A DNA stretch of 64,000 nucleotides from an uncultured Chloroflexia bacterium (lineage in GTDB: Bacteria > Chloroflexota > Limnocylindria > Limnocylindrales > CSP1-4): the NCBI GenBank assembly GCA_963813335.1, contig CAWEYL010000001.1:576001-640000 (forward strand), written 5' to 3'. Below the pieces are notes generated by a model. It did no database searches. It saw nothing but the letters and a program-made list of their open reading frames with translations, and had not been told where the DNA came from. Below are positions 1 through 9,538 of the stretch, piece after piece (positions within the stretch are counted from its first letter, which is position 1; every line of letters begins with the position of its first letter). A program made the translations under genes and the position numbers.

Positions 1-28
1 TACACAGCCGGTTGGCGACACCGGCTTC

Positions 29-1418
29 GTGGAAGTCCTCGGCATGATGGCGAACGGCCTTGCACGGGTCGTCAAGCCGACGGCCGCGGCGGCGCTGGGG
101 TCGGTCGACGCCCTGTTCGACCGGGGCCGCGAAGCGATCCGCGCGTCGCTCTCGGTCGCTCCGTCTCCCGCGGAGCACCTATCCGGAGCGGCGACCCGCG
201 TCAGCGGCCACCCGTCGCCGACTGCCGCCATCCCGCACCTCATGACCTGGCTGCCGGACACCGTCGGGCCGTACGGAGCGCTGGTGGCCGTCGGCGATGC
301 CTGGTCGCTCGAGGTCCTCCCGATCTACGACGCGTCGGCCGTCCTCGACCTGCCGGAGCTGCTGGGTCACGCAGCCGGCGCAACCGCGATCGCGGAGTGG
401 CCGGTGCCGCCGTCGGTGTTCTGGGTACGACCCGATGGGCTCGACGTCCTGCGCGTCGAGGTCGAGGACGGGGTCCTCACCGGCGTGACCTCGTCGGCGG
501 ACCTCGCCGCGCTGGTCGCCCGCCTCCCGGCGGGTCCGCGCCGCCTGCCGCCCGGCCTGGCCGAGATCCTGGGCGAAGAGGGCGGGCGTCGGTTCTACGG
601 TGTGCTCCATGCCGCGGTCGTCGAACGCCTCGGCACCGACCCGGCCGGCCTCGCCGAGCTCGGGGTCCCGAGGATCCGCGGGATCGCCGGCCGATGCCGG
701 GCCGCTCCCGCCGGCGGACTGGGCGGCGCTGATCCGGGCGTGGATGGACGAGATGGCCGCGCCGCGCCGCGAGCTCGACCGGATGACGCAGGCTACGGAC
801 TACTCCGAGGTGGAGCCGGCCCTGTGTCTCAGGGTGGCGCGCCGTGACAACTCGGGCTCCCGGCTCGCGCGCGACGCGGGTGGCGGGCTGGTCGTCTTCC
901 CCGTGATCGGGGCCGCGGGACGCTACCGGCGGGTGACCCACGCGATGCTCGAACGTTGGGGCGTGGACGATGAGCGATGCCACCACGATGCCGCGGTCCG
1001 CACGGCGCTGGCCCCGGACCTCGTCGACGAGCCGATGTACCCGGACCAGCCGTCGGTCCGTCAGGTGTACGGGCGGGAGCTCGAGCGCGAGGCGGCCGGT
1101 CTCTGCCTGCACCTGCGGTACCCGGGCACTCGGCGTGGGTTCGTCGTCTCGATCACCCACGGCAGCCGCGCTCACTACGTCCGCCTGGACGACCCGGGAG
1201 CCATGGCGCTGCTGCCAGTCTTCGCACACGTGATCGCCGGGATCTACGCTAACGCCGAAGCCGCAGCCGACGCGCACAGCCCGTGGCTGATCTGGCTGAC
1301 ACCAGACGGGCGCGTGATCGATCTGTTCGACGTCACGAAGCCGCTCCCGCCGCCGGACCGGCTGCCCGATGACCTTCGCGCGATGATGGACGCGGCCACG
1401 ACGACCCGACTCAATTGA
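29..1418 (+). CDS. hypothetical protein (stitched across a frameshift near 710)
   Basis: ORF 29..847 reads as protein-like until ~710 and ORF 600..1418 takes over after that. The C-terminal half has VTHAMLERWGVD, reminiscent of DUF1444/DUF5688-like motifs (weak). Confidence 0.5.
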
Positions 1419-1530
1419 ACGGCGTGACGGACCATCGAAGGATTGCCCCGCGGAGCTCGCCGGCGAGCCGTCGGCCTGTGGAAGGCCGCGACCCGAGGCT
1501 GCCGGCGCTTATCGACCACGCAGCGATGTC

Positions 1531-2094
1531 GTGATGCAGCCTGAGCCTGACTCCACCATGGCGCGGCCGACCGTCGCTCGTCCTCTATCCGAGGCGATCG
1601 ATCGCGCCCGCCGGCTGACGGCCGAGGAGATCACTGCCCTCGACGGGGTCTTTCGCGACACCGCCGCCATCGGGCCAGCCTGGTCGTGGGCGTATGGCGG
1701 TTGGGTGAAGCATGCGAACAACTATGACTTTGAGGCCCTTTGGAACGGGATCGACGCGTTGAATTCCGACCTAGACGAGGCTCGCGCAGCCGTCTTTGCC
1801 GCCGCAGTGGTGGCCCATGTTCCCGGCAGCGACGATCCCAGACACGCGGAACTCACGCGCCGATGGACGAGCGTGCGACTCAACGCGACCCCGGCACGTT
1901 GGTCTGAGGCGGCTGCCGTAGTCCTGGCCGCGCCTGGTCCGACTTGGGGTGCGGCGTTGGCCGTCGAGGCGGCAGTCCTCGCCTTTGCCGGCGGGCATCT
2001 CGATCCTGACCGTGCCCTGATCCGGCCGTGGGAACTGGTGATCGAACCACTCCCCACATGGCTGCCGCAGTCCTTCTGGCCGTGGTCCTGGTGA
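1531..2094 (+). CDS. hypothetical Ala-rich helical protein
   Basis: 187-aa ORF with two AA..A..A....L..(R/P)W motifs. Confidence 0.55.
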   Translation: MMQPEPDSTMARPTVARPLSEAIDRARRLTAEEITALDGVFRDTAAIGPAWSWAYGGWVKHANNYDFEALWNGIDALNSDLDEARAAVFAAAVVAHVPGSDDPRHAELTRRWTSVRLNATPARWSEAAAVVLAAPGPTWGAALAVEAAVLAFAGGHLDPDRALIRPWELVIEPLPTWLPQSFWPWSW

Positions 2095-2120
2095 CGGTCG
2101 CCCGGCCTGCCGGCCGGACG

Positions 2121-2537
2121 CTATCTGTCCCGCGGGTCTGGAACCGGGTGATCGATGGCCTCGAAATGTGGGTGTTCCGCGATGAGCGGGCCATGGTCGT
2201 CGTGGACCGTCCCGTGAGTGACCTCGATGATCATGTCGGCTCTGGCTGAATCCAGAACCTGATACCGCCCGACCGAGGAGAGGAACGGACCAGCGCAGGT
2301 CCACTCGAGGTACTGGGCGAGCTCGAGACGACGGAGCAACGTCCCGATTTCGAGCGTGACACCAGCGGGGTACGTCTCGCTGCCAGAGACCCGGCGGCGA
2401 ACACGATGCGTTGGTCGAGAGAGGTTGTCGTCGCGAGGGGCCGCTTCCATGTGAGGAACGTATGCAGTCCACGCGCCCGGCGCCAGATGACAGACGTCCT
2501 CCTCGCGGGCAGGTGGCCATCGCGTCGCGGTGCCCAT
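2121..2537 (-). CDS. hypothetical protein
   Basis: 138-aa ORF filling the gap, divergent from dnaE; no recognisable motif. Confidence 0.3.
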   Translation of the reverse strand: MGTATRWPPAREEDVCHLAPGAWTAYVPHMEAAPRDDNLSRPTHRVRRRVSGSETYPAGVTLEIGTLLRRLELAQYLEWTCAGPFLSSVGRYQVLDSARADMIIEVTHGTVHDDHGPLIAEHPHFEAIDHPVPDPRDR

Positions 2538-2560
2538 CCTCGGGCTACCATTGACCTCCC

Positions 2561-5500
2561 GTGACGACCCTCGCCCCGAACGACTTCACGCACCTCCACG
2601 TGCACTCCGAGTTCAGCCTGCTCGACGGGCTGGGGCGGATCACGGACCTGGTCGACGCGGCGGCCCACCAGGGCATGGATTCGATGGCGCTGACCGACCA
2701 CGGGGCGCTCTACGGCGCCGTCGCGTTCTACCAGGCGGCGAAGACCAAGGGCATCAAGCCGATCATCGGCATCGAGACCTACGTCGCCCGCCGCTCGATG
2801 ACCGACAAGGAGGGCAAGGCCGACAGCCAGCCCTTCCACCTGATCCTCCTCGCCCAGGACTGGCAGGGCTACCAGAACCTCTGCCGGCTCGCGACCGACG
2901 CCCACCTCGACGGCTACTACTACAAGCCGCGCATCGACCGCGACCATCTCGCCAAGCACAGCGCCGGACTGATCGGGCTGTCGGCCTGCCTGAGCGGCGA
3001 GGTCGCCAAGGCCCTCGAGGTCGATGACTGGGAGCTCGCCCGGACCGTCGCGGGCCAGTACGGCGACATCTTCGGCAAGGACCGCTTCTTCCTCGAGCTC
3101 CAGGACCACGGCCTGCCCGAGCAGCGGCGGCTCAACGAGCAGCTGCTCCGACTCGCCCCCGAGGCCGGGCTGCCGCTGGTCGTCACCAACGACCTCCACT
3201 ACGTCCGCCAGGACCAGTCCGAGGCGCACGACGTGCTGCTCTGCGTGGGCACCGGCAACAACCTCGACACGCCCAACCGCATGAAGTTCGACAGCGCCGA
3301 GTTCTACGTGAAGTCGGCGGCGCAGATGGCGGCGCTCTTCCCGGACCACCTCGACGCGATCCGCAACAGCCGGCGCATCGCCGAGATGACCGACCTCTCG
3401 CTGCCGCTCGGCCAGTTGCGCATCCCGCACTTCCCGGTGCCTGACGGGTTCACCACCGAGACCTGGCTTCGCGCCGAGTGCCAGCGCGGCCTCGAGCGCC
3501 GCTACGGGACGGTCACGCCGGCGCTCCAGGAGCGGCTCGACTACGAGCTGGGCGTGATCCTCTCGATGGGCTACGCCGGCTACTTCCTCATCGTGGCCGA
3601 CTTCATCGCGTTCGCCCGCGAGCAGGGGATCCAGACGACCTGCCGGGGCAGCGCGCCGGGCAGCATCGTGACCTACACGCTCGGCATCACGCCGGTGGAC
3701 CCGATCCTCTACCAGCTGCCGTTCGAGCGCTTCCTCAACCCGGACCGCGTGACGATGCCCGACATCGACGTGGACTTCGAGGACGGCCGCCGCGATGAGG
3801 TCATCGCCTACGTCGGGCGCAAGTACGGCCAGGACCACGTCGCCCAGATCATCACGTTCGGCACGATGCTGGCCCGGGCCGCCATCCGCGACGTCGGCCG
3901 CGTCCTCGGGCAACACCTACGGCGAGGTGGACCGGATCGCCAAGGCGATCCCGAACCAGCTCGGCATCCGGCTCGACGAGGCGCTCGCAGGTCGCGCCCG
4001 CGCTGCGCGAGCAGGTCGATGCCGACCCGGGGGTCAAGCGGATCATCGACTTCGCCCGCCAGCTCGAGGGCGTGGCGCGGAACGCCTCGACCCATGCCGC
4101 CGGCGTCGTCATCAGCCGCGAGCCGCTGACCGAGCTGATGCCGCTCCAGAAGGCGACCAACTCGGACGGGCTGATGACCCAGTACGAGATGCACGCGATC
4201 GAGGCGCTCGGGCTGCTCAAGTTCGACTTCCTCGGGCTCTCGAACCTGACGATCCTGCGCCAGGCGGTCGACATCGTCCGCGCCGAGCGCGGCACCGTCA
4301 TCGACCTCGACGAGATCCCGCTCGACGACGCGACGACCTTCGAGCTGCTCGCCTCCGGCGAGACGACCGGCATCTTCCAGCTGGAGTCGGCGGGGATGCG
4401 CCGCTACATCCGCGAGCTCCGGCCGACGTCGGTCTACGACCTGGCCGCCATGGTCGCGCTCTACCGGCCCGGCCCGATGGACAACATCCCCGCCTACATC
4501 CGGCGCAAGCACGGGCAGGAGCCGGTGACCTACCTCCACCCGCTCCTCGAGCCGTACCTGGAGAAGACCTACGGGATCTTCGTCTACCAGGAGGACATCA
4601 TGTCCGCGGCCATGGCCCTCGGCGGGTTCACCGGCCCGGAGGCGGACACGCTCGGCTACGCGATCCGCAAGAAGAAGTCCGCGGTGCTGCGCGCCCAGAA
4701 GGAGAAGTTCGTCACCCAGGCCGCCGAGCGGGGGGTCGCGCCGGCGGTGATCGACGCGGTCTTCACCGCCTTCGAGCCGTTCGAGCGCTACGGGTTCAAC
4801 AAGGCGCACGCCACCTGCTACGGCCTGATCGCCTACCAGACGGCGTACCTCAAGGCGAACTACACGGTCGAGTACATGACGGCGGTCCTCACCGCATTCC
4901 GCTCGAACGAGGAGAAGGTGGCCGCCGCGGTCGCCGAATGCCGGCGGATGGGCATCGAGGTCCTGCCGCCCGACGTCGTGACCAGCCATCTCGAGTTCAC
5001 GGTCGAGGGCGACGCGATCCGCTTCGGCCTGCTGGCGGTCAAGAACGTCGGCCAGGGCGCCATCGAATCGATCATCGCGGCGCGCGAGGAGGGCGGGCCG
5101 TTCCGCTCGCTGACCGACTTCTGCACCCGCATCGACCTGCGGCTGTGCAACCGCAAGGTGCTCGAGGCGCTGATCAAGGTCGGCGCGCTCGACTCGATGG
5201 GCCACGCGGCCCAGCTCCTGCTCGGGCTCGACGACGCGATCGGCGCGGCCCAGGCGACCCAGCGCGACCGGATCACCGGCCAGACGTCCCTCTTCGACAT
5301 GACGGTGGCCGACGCCGAGGTCTTCGAGCGGCCGCTGCCCGTCGCCACCGAGGTCCCGATGCGGGAGCGGCTGCGCTGGGAGAAGGAGCTCCTCGGGCTG
5401 TACCTCTCGGAGCACCCGATGGGCGAGGTCGCCGAGCAGGTCGGGCGGTACGTCAACGCCTACTCGGGCGACCTCAAGGACGAGTCGCTCGACGGCCAGC

Positions 5501-6419
5501 GGATCGTCGTCGGCGGGATCGTCACCGGCGTCCGGACGGTCGTCACCAAGCGCAACGACACGATGGCGATCGTGACCATCGAGGACCTCCAGGGGACGAT
5601 CGAGGTGGTCGTCTTCCCGCGCCTCTACGAGACCAGCCGCGCCGACCTGGCGCGACGGCGCGATCCTGCTCATCGCCGGCCGCGTCGACCATCGCGGCGA
5701 GGAGGCCTCGGTGCTCGCGGACCTCGTGCAGGACTGGGACGAGGCGGTCACGCTGGGTCCCGAGGCGTTCGCCCGGGACGTCGCCGCGGGCGACCGTGGC
5801 TCGCGTGGCCGGGCCGGCCAACGGCCGAAACGGGAACGGGAACGGCAACGGCGCGCCACGGCCCATGGTGGCCGTCGGCCCTGGCGCCGCGGCGGTGCCG
5901 GTCGTCGCCGGCGTCGGCGTGGAGCCGCCCGCCGTCGCGTTCGTCTCGCCGCTCCGGGTCGACATGGCGCCGCCGATGTCAGGGGCGTCCGGGATCTCCG
6001 CGCTGCCGCCGATCGCCCCGGCCGAACCGGTCTCCGCCTACGTCGAGGCCGACAGTGTCGCGGCGCTCGCCCCCGACCGCGACCAGGAGCCCGCGGTGCC
6101 CGACGAGGCCCGCGAGCGCATCGTGGCCGCCGCGACCGACGACGCGCCGCTCGACGCCGGTCCGGACTCGATCCTGCACGTGCGGTTCGCGGGGTCGGCC
6201 GGCTCGGAGCGCGTGGTCTCCGCGATGGAGCTGGTCAAGACGCTGTTGCGCGACCGACCCGGTGCCACGCGCGTGGTGATCCACGTTCCGGCGAGCGGGG
6301 CGGGGGAGGCCCTCCCCATGGAGCTGCGGCGGGGCGTCGCCTACGACGCCGAGCTGCTCGCGGAAGTGCACCGCCGCCTGGGCGACGGCCTGGTGGAGCT
6401 GCGCCTGGCCCAGGCCTGA
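2561..6419 (+). CDS. dnaE: DNA polymerase III alpha subunit (frameshifted in this sequence near 3910, 3990, 5640, 5810)
   Basis: PHP HLHVHSEFSLLDG/TDHG/TNDLHY; RGSAPGS; catalytic MPDIDVDF; KFDFLGL; YGFNKAH; OB fold; C-terminal domain. Confidence 0.97.
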
Positions 6420-6434
6420 CGGCCCGGACTCCGC

Positions 6435-7007
6435 CTACTGGGTCCCGGCGACCCGCCGGACTTCCTGGACCGCCGAGAGGTTCTCGTGGTAGTCGGCGCG
6501 GACCGCGTTGACGGTCGCCGGGTCGAGGTCGAGCTCGCGGGCGATCTCGTTGAGGACCACGTTCTCCTCCGCGGAGATCGTGTCGTTGACGGCGGTGATC
6601 GCGAAGCACGCCCGCAGGACGGCGATCCGCTGCGGCTCGGTGGCAAGGTTGCGGAACTCGCGGGTCACGACGTAGTCCTCGGTGCTCCCGACGGTCCTCG
6701 CCTGGAGCTTGGCCATCTCGGCCACCAGGATCGAGGTCGGCTCGTCGATGGCGTCGTGCGCCTGGAGCTCGGCCTCGATCGCCGCGGTCTCCTCGTCGCT
6801 GATCACGAGGTCGGCGTTCGCGGCGCGGGCCAGCGTGTACGCCGCCGACGCGACGAGGCGGGCCTGGTCCGCGGGCATCGCCTCGAGGCGGGCGACGATG
6901 CGGCGCACGGTCTCGGTCTCGCCGGCCGTCGTCGGGGCGCTCTGGAGCGCCGTCTCGGCCTGCACGGCCGCCTGCGCCTTGTCGGCGCCGAAGATGCGTC
7001 GGAACAT
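6435..7007 (-). CDS. TerB-family (tellurite-resistance-like) protein
   Basis: Two TerB-like motifs, ARAANADLVISDEE and AITAVNDTISAEE..L..IARELDL. Confidence 0.75.
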   Translation of the reverse strand: MFRRIFGADKAQAAVQAETALQSAPTTAGETETVRRIVARLEAMPADQARLVASAAYTLARAANADLVISDEETAAIEAELQAHDAIDEPTSILVAEMAKLQARTVGSTEDYVVTREFRNLATEPQRIAVLRACFAITAVNDTISAEENVVLNEIARELDLDPATVNAVRADYHENLSAVQEVRRVAGTQ

Positions 7008-7083
7008 GGATCCCTCGGGTCGGATGGGTGTTGGCTGTCGAGGGGAGGATGTCACAGGTGGCGCGGCGTGTCCCGCCGACGCC

Positions 7084-7531
7084 CTACCGCTTCAGGATGT
7101 CGGACACGTCGGGCTCCGGACCGCGCCAGCGGACCACCTCCTCGGTCGCGAAGCGCCCGTAGTAGTTGACGAAGTGCGCCTCGTGGCGCTCGAGGATCGG
7201 ACTGCGCGGCCGCCTTGGGCGCGTCGCCGCGCACGCGGACCATGACGACCGCCCGGCCGTCGCGCAGCGCCCACTCGTACCAGGCGAAATCGACGAGCTG
7301 GTCCATCAAGGTGAATTCCAGCGCCCGCCGGAGGCGGCCGATCAGGCCGGACACGCTGCCGGTCCCGTCCATCCGGTCCGCGCCCGCCTCGCCTCGCAGC
7401 ACCTCGAGGTCCTTCGTCGCGATCCCGCTCGCCTTCAGCTCGGCCATCGCCGCGGCGGCCGCGGTCGGATCGTCGATGACGGCGAGCAGGCGGTTCGTGG
7501 GGTAGTCGATCGAGCGTCCGGTGGACGTCAC
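7084..7531 (-). CDS. hypothetical protein (frameshift near 7200)
   Basis: YPTNRLLAVIDD...ILERHEAHFVNYYGRFATEE; GTG start at 7531, TAG at 7084. Confidence 0.65.
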
Positions 7532-7558
7532 GGGTGGATCCTCGGGTGCCGGCGGGCG

Positions 7559-7645
7559 TGGTCCCGGAGGAGGGAGTCGAACCCTCATGCCCTTGCGGGC
7601 GGCCGATTTTGAGTCGGCTGCGTATGCCATTCCGCCACTCCGGGC
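7559..7645 (-). tRNA. tRNA-Leu(CAA)
   Basis: GCCCGGA/TCCGGGA acceptor stem, anticodon arm GCCGA-CTCAAAA-TCGGC, long variable arm, TTCGA, CCA end. Confidence 0.95.
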
Positions 7646-7766
7646 TGGCCCGCAGTGTAGGCGAGCGGCCGCCGTCGGAACCCCGGATGCGAGCGACGCG
7701 TCTCGCCCGGGACCGATGCTAGACTCGCCCAGCCTCAGAATCGCCGTCCGGAGGGACCCCCCGATC

Positions 7767-8375
7767 GTGGAGGACCTTCGCTCGACCACGGTCTCCGACG
7801 ACCCCGTCCAGCGCCGCGACCTCATCCTGCTCGAGCAAGCCCGCGACGGGAACCTCGACGCGTTCAACGACCTCGTCACGCTCTACCAGGACCAGCTGTT
7901 CGCGCTCGTCGTGCGGATGGTGCCCGACCGCGACCAGGCCTCCGACTGCGTCCAGGAGGCGTTCTTCTCGGCCTTCCGCAACCTGCGCTCGTTCCGCGGC
8001 GGCAGCGTGAAGTCGTGGCTGAACCGGATCTGCGTCAACGCGGCGATGGACACGCAGCGGGCGCGCAAGCGCCGGCCGGTCCAGCCCTATCCGGAGCTCG
8101 ACGACGAGAGCTGGCAGCCCCCGACCGGTCCTGACGCCGATCCCGAGCGGACCGCCGTCGGCGCCGAGCGGACCCGGGCGCTGTCCGCGGCCCTCGCCAG
8201 CATCACCGACGACCAGCGGACGGCCATCGTGCTGTTCGACGTCGAGGGCTACGACTACGCCGAGATCGCCGCGATGACCAACGTGTCATTGGGCACGGTC
8301 AAGTCGCGCATCCACCGGGGCCGGCTGGCGCTGCGCGACCTGCTCGAGGACCGGATGGAGCTCTTCCGTGGTTGA
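7767..8375 (+). CDS. ECF RNA polymerase sigma factor (SigW/SigE-like)
   Basis: Region 2 DCVQEAFFSAFRNL/WLNRICVN; region 4 YAEIAAMTNVSLGTVKSRIHRGR; GGAGG RBS upstream. Confidence 0.93.
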   Translation: MEDLRSTTVSDDPVQRRDLILLEQARDGNLDAFNDLVTLYQDQLFALVVRMVPDRDQASDCVQEAFFSAFRNLRSFRGGSVKSWLNRICVNAAMDTQRARKRRPVQPYPELDDESWQPPTGPDADPERTAVGAERTRALSAALASITDDQRTAIVLFDVEGYDYAEIAAMTNVSLGTVKSRIHRGRLALRDLLEDRMELFRG

Positions 8376-9444
8376 CGGCCACGCGGGCCACGACCTCGAG
8401 CTCGTCGCCAGCCTGCTCGACGGCGACCTCCGCCCCGAGGACCGCGCCCGCGCCGCCCGCCAGGTCGCGAGCTGCGCCGACTGCGCGGCGATCCAGCGGG
8501 ACCTCCTGGCGCTGTCCGCGGCCACGCAGGCGCTGCCGGCACCGGCCCGGACCCGCGACTTCCGGCTCACCGCCGCCGATGCGGCCCGCCTCGCGGCGGC
8601 GCCGCCGGAACCGGCCCCGTCGTCCGCCCGTCCTGTCGGTGACATGACAACGACCGACCACGCCACCCACGACCTCGAGCGGCTCTCCGCCGCCGTCGAC
8701 GGCACCCTCCCGGCCGCCGACCTCCCTGCCATCGACGCCCAGCTCGCGTCGTGCGCCGAATGCGCCGACCTCCACGCCGACCTCCTCGCGATCGTCGCGG
8801 CGAACCGCGCGCTCGCGACGCCACCCCGGCCGCGCGACTACCGGCTGACCGACGCCGACGCGAAGCGCCTCCAGCCCGGCGGGCTGCGTGGCTGGCTCGC
8901 CCGGGTCGGATCGCCGAAGGACCGCGTTTCGCGCCCGCTGGCCATCGGCCTGACGACGCTCGGGCTGGTCGGGGTGCTGGTGGGGACGGCGCCATCGCTG
9001 CTGCTGTTCGGCAGTGCCTCGTCGTCCGGTGCGTCGGCGGGCGCACCCACCCGCGACAACGCCGCTCAGGCCGGTGGCGACGTGGCCAGTGCCGCGCCGA
9101 GCGCCGCCGCCAGTGCGGCCGCGGCGGCCCCGGTTCCCGAAGGCGCATCGGAGCCGCCGGCCGCCGCCGTGGCGTCGTCCGCGCCGGTCAAGGTCCAGGT
9201 CGACGGCGCGTCCCCGGGTCAGCGCGATCCGAACGCGAGCGTCGGCAGCGACGCCCAGGCCGGCGCCGGGCAGCCGGACCTCGCCGCCCCGCCGGCCGGC
9301 AGCCCCACGTTCGAGACCCTGACCGCCGATCGGGCCAGCGACACCGGCCCGTCACTCGTCCTCGTGGCGTCGCTCGCGGCGCTGCTCGCCGGGATCGCCC
9401 TCTTCGTCCTCCGGCTCGGGGCGCGACGCGGCCGCGGCGTCTGA
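8368..9444 (+). CDS. membrane anti-sigma factor with two tandem zf-HC2/ZAS-like domains
   Basis: Overlaps the sigma stop; two CxxC modules, a TM helix, an Ala/Ser/Pro linker and a C-terminal TM with basic tail. Confidence 0.85.
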   Translation: MVDGHAGHDLELVASLLDGDLRPEDRARAARQVASCADCAAIQRDLLALSAATQALPAPARTRDFRLTAADAARLAAAPPEPAPSSARPVGDMTTTDHATHDLERLSAAVDGTLPAADLPAIDAQLASCAECADLHADLLAIVAANRALATPPRPRDYRLTDADAKRLQPGGLRGWLARVGSPKDRVSRPLAIGLTTLGLVGVLVGTAPSLLLFGSASSSGASAGAPTRDNAAQAGGDVASAAPSAAASAAAAAPVPEGASEPPAAAVASSAPVKVQVDGASPGQRDPNASVGSDAQAGAGQPDLAAPPAGSPTFETLTADRASDTGPSLVLVASLAALLAGIALFVLRLGARRGRGV

Positions 9445-9538
9445 TCGCCGGGCGACCGGGACGTCGCCCCGCTCGCGGCCACGGGTACACTGGACTCCCA
9501 CACCCTCGTCCCGTTCGGACCGACCCCGAGGCCTGCCG

